Origin: Enhygromyxa sp. | Lineage (GTDB): Bacteria > Myxococcota_A > Polyangia > Nannocystales > Nannocystaceae | Assembly: GCA_046484755.1 (NCBI GenBank) | Contig: JAWOII010000104.1 | Span: 64,001-95,321 of the forward strand | Length of the DNA stretch: 31,321 bases | Direction: 5' to 3' | Shown here: in pieces, positions 19,204 through 28,852 of the stretch | Numbering within the stretch: the first letter of the stretch is position 1 | How the letters are laid out: each line of letters begins with the position of its first letter | The notes under the pieces: model-generated | What the model was told of the DNA's origin: nothing | The model's input: only the letters and a program-made list of their open reading frames with translations | The model's database searches: none | Program-made: the position numbers and the translations under genes

Positions 19204-19887
19204 TCAGCCTTCGAGCGACTCGATCCCGAGGGTCTTGGCGGTCTTGCTGCTCTCGACCGCCTCGGCCTCCGGGAAGGTCCCGAGCACCATGTCGCCGAGG
19301 TGCCGGGTCACGCCCATCCAGTAGCGCTCGTTCTTGAAGTGGTGGAGCCGGTGAAACCGCCACTGCCGCTTGTAAAACCAGCCCCTCGGCCGATAGCTGG
19401 TGTGGGTCAGGAAGTGGATCCACTCGTAGTAGAGCGCGGTCGCGGCGGTCACGATCATCGCCGTCGCCCACACGCCGGGGCTCGAGGTGATCAGCCAAAA
19501 CAGCAGCGCCGCGCTCGACAGCCCGATGACCATCGCCGGCAGCGGCATGAGGATGAAGCGCAGGTCCCAGGGGTCGCGGTGATGGAGGCGGTGGTAGCGG
19601 GCGGCGTGGTAGTCCCAGCGCAAGCCCAGCAGCTTGCGGGGCTTGTGGTGGAGGATGAACACGTGGATCAGCCACTCGACGAAGGGGTGCAAGGCGACGA
19701 TCGCGACGATCGGGATCAGGTCCCGGGGCCCCCAGTCGCCGCGGCCGAGCAGGACCACCCGAAAGCCGATCCACCCGAGCAGGTGCGCGAGCAGGAATTT
19801 GGGCTGGAGCTCGCGCAAGAACAGCGAGAAGGCGCGGCCGAGGCTCATGTCGGGTTCGCGGGCGTAGCGGGCTTTGGATTCGATCAT
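19204..19887 (-). CDS. Fatty-acid hydroxylase / sterol-desaturase superfamily integral membrane protein
   Basis: ATG 19887 (MIESKARY…), overlapping the gntR stop as ATGA. Histidine boxes HVFILHH, HRLHH and HRLHHF plus hydrophobic helices. Confidence 0.75.
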   Translation of the reverse strand: MIESKARYAREPDMSLGRAFSLFLRELQPKFLLAHLLGWIGFRVVLLGRGDWGPRDLIPIVAIVALHPFVEWLIHVFILHHKPRKLLGLRWDYHAARYHRLHHRDPWDLRFILMPLPAMVIGLSSAALLFWLITSSPGVWATAMIVTAATALYYEWIHFLTHTSYRPRGWFYKRQWRFHRLHHFKNERYWMGVTRHLGDMVLGTFPEAEAVESSKTAKTLGIESLEG

Positions 19888-20645
19888 CGATCTTGCTCCG
19901 GGGTTTGGTCGAGCTTGTCGAGCAGCTCGAGGGCGGTGAGGATCCCGTCGCTGCCGCGCTGCACGATCGCGCTCGCGTGGGTGCGGGCGCGCTCGGGCTT
20001 GCGGGATGCGATCGCTTCGACCAGCGCCGCGCACAGCTCGACCTGCCGCAGCTCGTCGGCGAGGGCGATGACCAGCGCTTCGCGGATCTGCTCGTAGGTG
20101 TGACGCAGAGTGTTGAAAGCGAGGCGATAAGCGATGTTGTCGGCGCCCTGCACCAACAGATCCCAAAGCTCGAGGGAGAGCTGCTGCAGGCGCCCGAGGT
20201 CCTCGGGGTCGGCGGCCCCGCGCATGTCCGAGACCAGCTCGCGGAGCATGCCGACCAGCGCCGGCTCGGCCCGCAGGGCGCACAAGCGGGCCACGTCCGG
20301 ACCCAGCGCGGCGCGCATCTCCATGATCGAGCGCGCGACGTGATGGTCGGGCTCGCCCTCGGGCGTGACCAGCAAGCGGGTCAGCAGATCGAGGCCCGCG
20401 TGGCGGCGATAGTCGAGCACCGTGGTGGCGCCGCCGTGGCGCTGCTCGACCAGCCCCGCCTGCGCCAGGCGCTTGAGGCCCTCGCGGATCGCCCCGCGGT
20501 TGACGCCCAGCCCCTTGGCCAGCTCGCGCTCCGGCGGCAACGCGGCGCCGGGCTCGACGCGCCTCGAGAGGATCTGCTGGGCGATCTGATCAAAGACCGC
20601 GTCCGACAGCGAGCTGCGAGAGACGGGCTCCAGTCCGAGCGTCAC
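19884..20645 (-). CDS. GntR-family transcriptional regulator (FadR/FCD-type C-terminal domain).
   Basis: N-terminal wHTH (LPPERELAKGLGVNRGAIREGLKRLAQAGLV) and helical FCD domain. GTG start at 20645. Confidence 0.9.
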   Translation of the reverse strand: MTLGLEPVSRSSLSDAVFDQIAQQILSRRVEPGAALPPERELAKGLGVNRGAIREGLKRLAQAGLVEQRHGGATTVLDYRRHAGLDLLTRLLVTPEGEPDHHVARSIMEMRAALGPDVARLCALRAEPALVGMLRELVSDMRGAADPEDLGRLQQLSLELWDLLVQGADNIAYRLAFNTLRHTYEQIREALVIALADELRQVELCAALVEAIASRKPERARTHASAIVQRGSDGILTALELLDKLDQTPEQDR

Positions 20646-20650
20646 TAGCG

Positions 20651-20692
20651 ACCAGTACCACCGGATGATCTGGTGGTCAACTGGTCAGACCA
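20651..20692. promoter_or_regulatory. FadR-type operator region. It has the perfect palindrome TGGTCAGACCA (20682-20692), the adjacent half-site TGGTCA (20674-20679) and ACCACC-N9-GGTGGT (20655-20675), 6-45 bp upstream of the gntR start. It is a likely autoregulatory/divergent control site.
   Basis: Palindromes read directly. TGGTC·GACCA is the classical FadR half-site arrangement. The region lies in the lower-GC divergent intergenic 20646-20856. Confidence 0.6.
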
Positions 20693-20856
20693 ATATTTGC
20701 TGATGATGCCAGAGAGCGTGAAATTCGGCATAGTTTCAGCGCAATGGACGCGTTTCAGCTGTGTGACAAGAGCGGGCCGACTTTGTGACGTTCATGCAAA
20801 ACGTCGATCTGGCAGATTGATCAACCCAGCCCTGGCGCCGAGCCTCGCCGCGACCC

Positions 20857-21975
20857 ATGCAGCAAGCGCTCCTCCGCAAGAACGGTCGTCGGGACGCCTT
20901 CACGGGGTTTCCGCGGGTCTTCGTCGAGCTCGTCGCCCGCGAGCGGACCTTCTTACTGGTCCTGTCGGCCGGCTTCCTGCTCGCCGGCATCGCTTACCCC
21001 TACCCGCGGGTGGCCATGTGGGTCGCGTTCTTGTTCGCGGGCTATGCCGTGGTCGCCAACGACAGCATCCAGACCATCGGCACCTTCATCGCCTCGAACA
21101 AGCAGCGCCCGTGGTGGGTGCTGTGGCTGTTCATCGGCGGGCTGATGATCGCCACGCTCGGCTACAGCTGGCTGCTCAACGGCGGCGACGTCAGCCACGG
21201 CCGGCTGATGTCGAAGGGCTTCGCCGAGGCCCCGAGCAACTTCGCGTTCTTGCAGGTCGCCGGGCCCTTGTTCCTGTTGATCCTGACCCGGATGAAGATC
21301 CCGGTCTCGACGACCTTCTTGATCCTCTCGTCCTTTGCGACGAGCGCCAAGGGAATCACTGCGGTCCTGAGCAAGAGCCTGACTGGCTACGTGATCGCGT
21401 TCTTGGCCGCGATCGTGATCTGGCTGGTGCTCGGTCGGCTGATCGACCGCAAGTTCAAGGGCGAGGCCCACCCGGCCTGGACGGCGGTGCAGTGGGTCAC
21501 GACCGGGGGCTTGTGGTGCATGTGGCTGGCCCACGACGCGGCCAACGTCGCCGTGTTCTTGCCCCGCTCGCTCGAGTTCGCCCAGTTCGCCGTGGTCGCC
21601 GGCGTGCTGTTCTTCGGGCTCGCGCTGCTGTTTCGACTCGGCGGCGATCGGATCCAGCAGATCGTCGAGGAGAAGGCCGTGGTCGTCGACGTCCGCCACG
21701 CGACCCTGATCGACGCGGTCTACGCTGGCGTGCTGGTGGTGTTCTCGATGTGGTCGAAGATCCCGATGAGCACCACCTGGGTGTTCCTCGGGCTGCTCGC
21801 CGGCCGCGAGCTGGCCATCAACCTGACCCGGGCCCGGGCCGAGCGTCGGAGCATGCGCGAGGTCGGGCGGCTGATCGGCAAGGACCTGGCCTCCGTCAGC
21901 GTCGGGCTAGCGATCTCGATCGTGATCGCAGCCGCGGTCAACCCCAACATCGCGGACAGCTTGCTGAGCTGGTGA
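20857..21975 (+). CDS. Putative inorganic phosphate transporter of the PiT/Pho4 family (multi-TM permease).
   Basis: 372-aa hydrophobic ORF. Internally duplicated ANDxxxxIGT-like motifs (VANDSIQTIGT; HDAANVAV). It neighbours a porin O/P-like gene. Confidence 0.55.
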   Translation: MQQALLRKNGRRDAFTGFPRVFVELVARERTFLLVLSAGFLLAGIAYPYPRVAMWVAFLFAGYAVVANDSIQTIGTFIASNKQRPWWVLWLFIGGLMIATLGYSWLLNGGDVSHGRLMSKGFAEAPSNFAFLQVAGPLFLLILTRMKIPVSTTFLILSSFATSAKGITAVLSKSLTGYVIAFLAAIVIWLVLGRLIDRKFKGEAHPAWTAVQWVTTGGLWCMWLAHDAANVAVFLPRSLEFAQFAVVAGVLFFGLALLFRLGGDRIQQIVEEKAVVVDVRHATLIDAVYAGVLVVFSMWSKIPMSTTWVFLGLLAGRELAINLTRARAERRSMREVGRLIGKDLASVSVGLAISIVIAAAVNPNIADSLLSW

Positions 21976-22087
21976 GCCGCCAGCTCGCTAGCAAGATGAG
22001 GGTCGTGCCGGCGGGTTGCGACAGCTGATCGCCGACGCGATCGCTCTCGTCTCCATCGCAGGTTCGCCTACCGGCGAGTGCCGGCAC

Positions 22088-23626
22088 TCACAGGGCGATC
22101 TGGAGCTGCAAGCGGACCTGGTCGCGGCCCTCGCCGATGACCTCGTCCCAGAGCCGGAAGTAGTCGAGCTGCAGCTTGTAGGCGTGGCCGGCGATGTACC
22201 AGCTGATGCCGCCGCCGAGCTCGTTTCGATCGCGGGAGGAGGTCGACTTGGGGGAGCCGAGCGCCCGGATCTGGCTGTGGCGGGCGGCGAGCTCGACCGG
22301 GACTCGGGGGATCATGTAGCCGGCCTGCGCATACCAGCCCATGGCGTTGCGCGGCGCTTCGATTGGAGCCGGCACCAGCTCGCCGAGCTCGTCTTCGAGC
22401 ATCGCGTCGCCGGGGTGCCGGACGCCCCGTCGCCAGAAGAACTCGCCCATCAGCGAGAACCCGGCCATGTGGAACACCAAGCTGGCGTTGGCGTTGTGGT
22501 AGTCGGCCGTGCCGCCGTCGCTGAAGGTCTGGCCCTTGGTCCCGCGGTTGTAGGTCGCCTCGTCCATGTACGAGTAGGTGCCGCCGAGCGCGAGCCGAGG
22601 CTTCATGCGCCGCGCGAAGTCGCCTTCGGTGTAGTCGTCGAACATCCCGAAGGGCAGCACCTCGATCCGGGCCAGGTACACGAGGCCGCCGCCGCGGATG
22701 ACGGGCTCGGCCGCGAAGTTGTCGCGGCCGCCCCCGAAGTACACCCCCGCGTAGTAGCGCAGGCGGCCGAGGCCGAGGAAGTCCTCCGAGCGCAGATCGA
22801 GGCCGATCTCGCGGTCGAAGTCGAACTCGGGCCCGACGATCGAGCGGTCGTTGAGCTGCAGCTTGCCGGAGGAGATCACCCGCTGGAGGCTGTAGGGCAC
22901 CTTGTATTGGCCGACGCGCACGCTCAGATCTCGCAAGCGGTCGAAGTCGAAGTAGTAGTCGCGCATGATCGTGAACCGGGTCCCGCCGGGACCGAGGCCC
23001 ACGTCACGAGGCGACAGCGACAGCTCGATCTTGTACTTGGTGTGCTTGCCGAAGACATGGCCGCCGAACACCAGCCGTGCCCGGCGAACTTGGAAGGAGT
23101 GATTGAGCGAGGGATCGTCTTGCTGGTCGTGGTCGAGGGTGTAGAGCATCTGCGCCCGGGCGCCGATGCTCAGGGCGAACTTCTCGCTCTTGCTGGTGAA
23201 GTTCAGCCCGTTGCCGGGGCGGAAGCGGAAGCGCTCGAGATCGACCGCGTGGCTCTCGAGCCAGGGGAGCTGCGAGCGAGGCACCAGCGGCGAGATCTCG
23301 TCATCCGTGGCGGGCTGAGCGGGCTGAGCGGGCTGAGCGGGCTCGGCTTCGGGTTCCGCGGGCGCGGGCTCGGGCTGAGCGTGTTCGAGCTCCGGCTGAG
23401 CGGGCTCGGGCTCCGGTGGCTCCGGTGCGACGATCGTCACCCAATCCGTCGCAGCGGGGATCTGCGCGCCGGAGCCCAGTTGTGACGAGGAGGTGTCGCT
23501 GGGATCCGCTGGCGGCGGGCTTTCGACCCCAGGCGCCTGGCCAAGCAGCAACGCGACGAGCGTAAGATTCGAAAAGCCCACGTTCGCGGCGGAACCTACT
23601 GGCACATCGCTACAGCCAGGTGACAA
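22088..23626 (-). CDS. Outer-membrane beta-barrel porin, phosphate-selective porin O/P-like, with an N-terminal Pro/Ala/Glu-rich (AQPAQPAQPA) extension.
   Basis: 512-aa ORF. Signal-like N-terminus. Alternating amphipathic beta-strand pattern with aromatic girdle residues to the C-terminus. The exact start is uncertain. Confidence 0.5.
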   Translation of the reverse strand: MSPGCSDVPVGSAANVGFSNLTLVALLLGQAPGVESPPPADPSDTSSSQLGSGAQIPAATDWVTIVAPEPPEPEPAQPELEHAQPEPAPAEPEAEPAQPAQPAQPATDDEISPLVPRSQLPWLESHAVDLERFRFRPGNGLNFTSKSEKFALSIGARAQMLYTLDHDQQDDPSLNHSFQVRRARLVFGGHVFGKHTKYKIELSLSPRDVGLGPGGTRFTIMRDYYFDFDRLRDLSVRVGQYKVPYSLQRVISSGKLQLNDRSIVGPEFDFDREIGLDLRSEDFLGLGRLRYYAGVYFGGGRDNFAAEPVIRGGGLVYLARIEVLPFGMFDDYTEGDFARRMKPRLALGGTYSYMDEATYNRGTKGQTFSDGGTADYHNANASLVFHMAGFSLMGEFFWRRGVRHPGDAMLEDELGELVPAPIEAPRNAMGWYAQAGYMIPRVPVELAARHSQIRALGSPKSTSSRDRNELGGGISWYIAGHAYKLQLDYFRLWDEVIGEGRDQVRLQLQIAL

Positions 23627-25593
23627 AACGGTGTCGGTTTGGCCATCCTGTCACCGATCCGTGTCGTGAGGAGCCACTCGGTTTTCGAAGCTGTAACGAT
23701 CTCCGCTTGCCGGAGCCCCGGACCCGGCGAAGAGTGCGAGAGGTGTTCCGCGATCTCCGTCACGCGCGATCTCTCGCGCAGCTCGCGGCCTCGAACTGGT
23801 TGCCCCTGTCCGTGCGCCATCGGCTGCGCCGCTTCGAGGCCCGGCTCCGCGGCGAGCCGGCGGTGGTCGTCTACGGGCAGCCCTACGAGCACGAGCTGCC
23901 CGGCGCCCCCCTCGATGGCCACCGCGGCGAGCGAATCCTGACCGCTTTGGTCCGCGAGGGGCTCGTCGGCCGCGAGGCCGTGGTCACGCCGACGCTGGCC
24001 GCGATAGCCAAGCTCGAGCGCGTCCACGATCCCGCCTACATCGGCGCGCTGACCAGCCCCGAGGTGATCGAGGCGACCTTCGGGCTGACCCTGACGCCGG
24101 GCCTCGCCGAGCAGATCGTCGAGCTGCAGCGCACCATGACCGGCGGCACGCTGCTCGCCGCGAGGGCGGCCCGGCGTCGCCGGACCCTCGCGGTCAACCT
24201 CGGCGGCGGCTTTCACCACGCCCACCGCGATCGCGGCCGCGGCTTTTGCCTGATCAACGACATCGCCGTGGCGATCGCCGAGCTGCGCAGCCGCGGCTTC
24301 ACCGAGCCCATCGCCGTCATCGATCTCGACGTCCACGACGGCGACGGGACCCGCTCGCTGTTCGTCGACGATCCCTCGGTCTGGACCTTCTCGATCCACA
24401 ACCAGCACTGGGGCCCGGTCGAGGGCCGCAGCTCGACCGCGATCGCCCTCGGCGAGGCGGTCGAGGATCGGGCCTACCTCGACGCCCTGCACGAGCACCT
24501 GCCGGACATGCTCGATCGCCACGAGCCCGGGCTGGTCTTTTATCTGGCCGGCTGCGATCCCGCGGCCGACGATCCCCTCGGCAACTGGATGATCTCCGAC
24601 GCCGGCATGCTCGCCCGGGACCGCTACGTGATCGAGCAGCTCCACGCCCGGGGCATCGAGTCGATCGTCTGGGTGCTCGGCGGCGGCTACGGCAACGAGG
24701 CCTGGCGGCACAGCGCCCGGGGGCTGATCGCCGTGCTCGGCGGCCCCGACGATCCCAAGCTGCCGAGCACCGAGGCCATCACCCTCAGTCGCTATCGCCA
24801 CCTCGCTTCGATCATGGATCCCGCCGAGCTCTCCGGTCGCGAGCCCGGCGAGCTGCACCTGAGCGAAGCCGATCTGTTCGGGGCCACCTACGACCCGGGG
24901 CAGGGGCCCCGGCTGCTCGGCTACTACACCCAAGGCGGCCTCGAGTTCGCGCTCGAGCGCTACGGCCTGCTCGAGCGCCTGCGGCAGCTCGGCTACGATC
25001 CGCGGGTCGAGATCGATCCTCACCCCGAGTCCGGCGACACCGCGCGGATCTGGGGCGACGCCGGCACCAACTTGCTGCTGGTCGAGGTCCGCCTCGCCCG
25101 CGACCGCCGGAGCGTGCCCGGCATGGAGCTTCTGCGCATCGAGTGGATGCTGCTGCAAAACCCCCGCGCGAGCTGGTCGCAGGGCCGGGCCCCGCTCCCG
25201 GGTCAGCGCCACCCGGGCCTGCGGATGTTCGAGGAGATTGCGATCTTGATGCTGCTGATCTGCGAGCGCCTGCGCTTCGACGGGATCGTGGTCGTGCCCT
25301 CGCACTATCACGTGGCCGCGCGCTGGCACGGGCGCATGCGCTTTTTGGATCCCCAGGTGGAGGGCCGCTTTCGGGCGCTCGAGCGGGTGCTCGCGCCCTT
25401 GCCCCTCGCCGAGGCGAGCGCCGCCGTCGAGCTCGGGCGGGTGGTCGATCTCGACAACGGTGAGCGCGGGGGCTATCGGCCGGCGCCGCTGATCCTGGCC
25501 TCGAGCGAGGCCCTGCAGCGGCGCTTCGATCAGCGCTGGGAAGCGCAGGCGAGGGCGGCCGAGGCCGCGGCTCGCTTTGGGCTGGAGCGCTGA
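23620..25593 (+). CDS. Histone-deacetylase-family (AcuC/acetylpolyamine amidohydrolase-like) enzyme fused to a ~250-aa C-terminal domain of unknown function, possibly GNAT-like.
   Basis: HDAC signatures GGGFHHAHRDRGRGFCLINDIAVAI and IAVIDLDVHDGDGT. The true start is probably a GTG/TTG downstream of 23620, since no ATG precedes the HDAC domain. The C-terminal 250 aa are unlike AcuC. Confidence 0.8.
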   Translation: MTKRCRFGHPVTDPCREEPLGFRSCNDLRLPEPRTRRRVREVFRDLRHARSLAQLAASNWLPLSVRHRLRRFEARLRGEPAVVVYGQPYEHELPGAPLDGHRGERILTALVREGLVGREAVVTPTLAAIAKLERVHDPAYIGALTSPEVIEATFGLTLTPGLAEQIVELQRTMTGGTLLAARAARRRRTLAVNLGGGFHHAHRDRGRGFCLINDIAVAIAELRSRGFTEPIAVIDLDVHDGDGTRSLFVDDPSVWTFSIHNQHWGPVEGRSSTAIALGEAVEDRAYLDALHEHLPDMLDRHEPGLVFYLAGCDPAADDPLGNWMISDAGMLARDRYVIEQLHARGIESIVWVLGGGYGNEAWRHSARGLIAVLGGPDDPKLPSTEAITLSRYRHLASIMDPAELSGREPGELHLSEADLFGATYDPGQGPRLLGYYTQGGLEFALERYGLLERLRQLGYDPRVEIDPHPESGDTARIWGDAGTNLLLVEVRLARDRRSVPGMELLRIEWMLLQNPRASWSQGRAPLPGQRHPGLRMFEEIAILMLLICERLRFDGIVVVPSHYHVAARWHGRMRFLDPQVEGRFRALERVLAPLPLAEASAAVELGRVVDLDNGERGGYRPAPLILASSEALQRRFDQRWEAQARAAEAAARFGLER

Positions 25594-25595
25594 GG

Positions 25596-26111
25596 CTACT
25601 GCTGTCGCGCGTACTCGGCCGCCCGCTTGACGTAGGCGCGCCAGCTAAACTCGATCATCGCGCGATCCTTGTCGAGACACTCGCGCAGCACCTTCAGTGG
25701 GTTACCCGCGACCAAGGTCCCGGCCCTGACGATCTTGCCCGGCGGCACCAGGGTCCCGGCCGCGACTAGGGCCCCGGACTCGACGACCGCGTTGTCGAGC
25801 ACGATCGAGCCCATCCCGATCAGCACCTCGTCGTGGATCGTGCAGCCGTGGAGGACCACCGAGTGGCCGACGGTCACCCGATCCCCAACTGAGGTCGATG
25901 ACATGCCCTCGGTGCAGTGGATCACCGAGTTGTCCTGGATCGAGGTCTGACGGCCGATCACGATGGGCCCGTCGTCGCCGCGCAGGGTCACGTTGGGCCA
26001 CACGCTCGACTCGGGGCCGATGAGCACGTCGCCGATCAGCACCGCCGCCGGGTGGACGAAGGCGGCCGGATCGACGCGCGGACGCTTGTCGCCGAATGCT
26101 TGATGGGTCAT
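25596..26111 (-). CDS. Gamma-class carbonic anhydrase / hexapeptide-repeat (left-handed beta-helix, LbH) protein, YrdA/PaaY-like.
   Basis: 171 aa. Hexapeptide repeats and the conserved HxxxxH…VGxxxxVGHxxxLHG pattern. Confidence 0.9.
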   Translation of the reverse strand: MTHQAFGDKRPRVDPAAFVHPAAVLIGDVLIGPESSVWPNVTLRGDDGPIVIGRQTSIQDNSVIHCTEGMSSTSVGDRVTVGHSVVLHGCTIHDEVLIGMGSIVLDNAVVESGALVAAGTLVPPGKIVRAGTLVAGNPLKVLRECLDKDRAMIEFSWRAYVKRAAEYARQQ

Positions 26112-26125
26112 CGGTCTCGGTCCGC

Positions 26126-27583
26126 TCAGATCGGCAGCAGCTCGAAAAACCAGGCCGCCGCGAGGCCGCCTCCGAGCAGCAACAGCACGATCAGGATCCA
26201 GATCCCGGCGTTGCTCGGGGCCTGCTTGGGCGGCGGGCTCGGCAAGCGGGTGTGGGCGATCGAGTGCTCGGTGATCGCCGGAGGATCGTCGACGTCGGGC
26301 AGCTCCTCGGGCGGAGTCGGGGTCGGGGCCGGGGCCGAAGGCTCGCGGACGGCCGCGGGCTCGCTGGCGGGCGGCGGCTTGCTCGTGACCGGCGGCTTGC
26401 TCGTGACCGGCGGCTTGCTGACGCTCGGCGGAGGAGCCGAGTCCGGGGCCGGGCCGATCAGATCATCGAGCCCCTCGACCAGCGGCGCCGAGGAGTCGAA
26501 GTCGCCGAGCTCTTCGTCGAGCAGCGAGCGCGCGCCGGACGGGCCGCTGCCACCGCTCTTGCCGCTGTCCTCGTCGATCGAGCGGAAGTTGGCCAGCTCC
26601 TCGGCCAGCAGCTGCTCGATCAGGTTCATGCTCCGGTCGCCGGCGGCCTTCTCCTTGGCTTCCTTGGCCTCCTTGAAGCGGCGCAGCTCCTCGAGCAGCT
26701 TGGATAGATCGCGGGCCGAGACCTTGAGCCGGTGCGAGAACAAGAAGCCGAGCAGGTCGTCGGCGAACTCGCTGGCGGTCCGGTAGCGCTGCTCGGGGTC
26801 GCGGGTCAGCGACTTGCGGATGATGTTCTCGAGCTCCTCGGGGACCTCGGGGTTTTGCGCGCGGATGCTGGGCACCTCGGCGGCGCGGATCATCTCGACG
26901 GTCTGGTAGTCGGTCTCGCCGAGGAACAGCCGACGCATGGTCAGCATCTCGTAGGCGAGGATGCCGACCGCGAAGATGTCGGTGCGCCCGTCGACCGGCT
27001 GGCCGTGGGCGGCCTCGGGCGACAGATAGCTGAACTTGCCCTTGACCACCCCGGCGTCGGTCGACTCGAGCTGGGTGGTCGCCTTGGCCAGACCGAAGTC
27101 GGTCAGCTTGACCTCGCCGTTCCAGGAGATCAGCAAGTTGGGCGGCGAGATGTCGCGGTGGACCACGTGGAGCGGCTCACCGGTCTCCGGGTCGCCGAGC
27201 TTGTGGGCGTACTCGAGGCCCTTGAGGGTCTCGTTGAGGATCCAGATCACCAGGGGCAGCGGGACCCGCTGGCCACGCTCTTGCAGGAATTCGAGCAGCT
27301 GCTTGAGCGTCGTGCCCTCGACGTACTCCATCACGATGAAGTAGGTCTCGTCGGACTTACCGAGGTCGAAGACGGTGACGACGTTGGCGTGGTTGAAGTG
27401 CAGGCTCAGCCGCGCCTCGTCGAGAAACATCCGGACGAAGCGCTCATCCTTGAGCAGCCCGGGGAGGATGCGCTTGATCGCAACCTTCTTCTTGAACCCG
27501 GCGACCGAGACGGACTGGGCGACCCAGACTTCGGCCATGCCGCCGGCTGCGAGCCTGTACAGTGGTTTGTAGTTCTGCGCCAT
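26126..27583 (-). CDS. Ser/Thr protein kinase with C-terminal Pro-rich (KPPVTS)x3 linker and TM anchor.
   Basis: Hanks kinase motifs: GxGxxAxV, VAIK, HRDISPPNLL, DFGLA and SPE. Confidence 0.92.
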   Translation of the reverse strand: MAQNYKPLYRLAAGGMAEVWVAQSVSVAGFKKKVAIKRILPGLLKDERFVRMFLDEARLSLHFNHANVVTVFDLGKSDETYFIVMEYVEGTTLKQLLEFLQERGQRVPLPLVIWILNETLKGLEYAHKLGDPETGEPLHVVHRDISPPNLLISWNGEVKLTDFGLAKATTQLESTDAGVVKGKFSYLSPEAAHGQPVDGRTDIFAVGILAYEMLTMRRLFLGETDYQTVEMIRAAEVPSIRAQNPEVPEELENIIRKSLTRDPEQRYRTASEFADDLLGFLFSHRLKVSARDLSKLLEELRRFKEAKEAKEKAAGDRSMNLIEQLLAEELANFRSIDEDSGKSGGSGPSGARSLLDEELGDFDSSAPLVEGLDDLIGPAPDSAPPPSVSKPPVTSKPPVTSKPPPASEPAAVREPSAPAPTPTPPEELPDVDDPPAITEHSIAHTRLPSPPPKQAPSNAGIWILIVLLLLGGGLAAAWFFELLPI

Positions 27584-27634
27584 GAGCGGGCGTGCGGCCG
27601 GAGTGTACCGTTGAAAGGCAGGCCAGGGCGACTT

Positions 27635-28852
27635 TCAGGGCTCAATCGAGCCGGCTCCGCCCCCCTGCGGCGGGTCGTAGCGGTTGAGGACCAGCTTGAG
27701 CACGCCGAGCCACATGTCGGTCTCGATCGCCAGGAGCAGCCGGCGCTCGTCTTGGGTCAGGTAGGCCCGGAAGGTGAACTTGCGCTTGTCCTCGCGGACG
27801 ACCCCGTAGCGATCGACCCGCGAGAGCGTGCCTTCGAGCAGGTGCACGTCATCGGGCTTGACGCCGAGGCCCTGCGCGACGCTCGGCAGCGGATCGAGCT
27901 TGGCGCGGCCGCGGCCGACGACCTCGACCTTGAGCAGGATCCGGCCGTCGAGCACGTGGGCCGTGGCCTTCTCCCCCTCGGCGAGGTCGAGGGAGCGAAC
28001 CCAGGCCATCGCCGACAGCGGATCAAACGTATCGCGCGGGACCTGCTGGGTCACCTTGGTGGTCTTTTGGTCCCGGGCGTCGACGATGCGGATGTGGCCC
28101 CGGCCCTCGAAGTCGGTCTCGGTCACCCGCCGCTTGTACTTGCCCGAGGTGCCGAGCCCGGCGCGCTCGAGGATGTTGACGCTCGACACCACCGCGCCCG
28201 TGCCTGCGTCGACCCAGGTGATCATCCGGTCTTCCATGGACGAGAGCAGCGAGACCACCCCGGAGGTCACGGCGCGGCCCTCGAGCCGATACTTGCCGCT
28301 GCCTTGCGGGGCCTCACCCCGAGGATCGGACTGGTACTCCACGACCCCAGCCTCGGCGAGCCCGGCCGGGTTGCCGGCGAAGAACACGTCGAACACGAAG
28401 CGCTCGCCGACCCGCAGCGCCCAGGCGTAGGGCGGGGGGACCGGGGCGGCGGGCAGGCGCCGGCGCCGGTCGTTGAACTCGGGCTCCTCGAGGGCGGCCG
28501 ACCAGCCGATCAGCGGCTCGGGGCTGGGCTTGGGCGTGGTCTGGACCGTGGGGCTGGAGATCCGCGGGACTCGGCTGGCGTCGCCGCGGGTCGTCCGACG
28601 GCGCGGGCGCTCGTCGGTGGTCCCGCGTCGCTCGGCTTTGACCCGCGCCTCCTCGCGCGCCTGGTGGGCGATCCGAACCTGGTCGCGCTTGGGCCCGGCC
28701 GCCGAGGCGGGGGAGCCGAGCAGCGTGATCAGCAGCGCCGCGGGGATCAAGCGAGAGGCGGAGGCCAAGCGAGAGGCGCAGTGGGAGCGAAGGAACCGCG
28801 GGTCCCGAGTCTCTTGGCTGCGCCGAAGCGAGATGACGGAGGTCAGCGCCAT
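27635..28852 (-). CDS. Exported hypothetical protein, possibly DUF3108-like, with signal/TM LIPAALLITLLGSPASAAG.
   Basis: ATG 28852 inside track ORF 27635..29617. The upstream part of that ORF is Ser/Arg-rich noise. The family call is a weak recollection only. Confidence 0.5.
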   Translation of the reverse strand: MALTSVISLRRSQETRDPRFLRSHCASRLASASRLIPAALLITLLGSPASAAGPKRDQVRIAHQAREEARVKAERRGTTDERPRRRTTRGDASRVPRISSPTVQTTPKPSPEPLIGWSAALEEPEFNDRRRRLPAAPVPPPYAWALRVGERFVFDVFFAGNPAGLAEAGVVEYQSDPRGEAPQGSGKYRLEGRAVTSGVVSLLSSMEDRMITWVDAGTGAVVSSVNILERAGLGTSGKYKRRVTETDFEGRGHIRIVDARDQKTTKVTQQVPRDTFDPLSAMAWVRSLDLAEGEKATAHVLDGRILLKVEVVGRGRAKLDPLPSVAQGLGVKPDDVHLLEGTLSRVDRYGVVREDKRKFTFRAYLTQDERRLLLAIETDMWLGVLKLVLNRYDPPQGGGAGSIEP

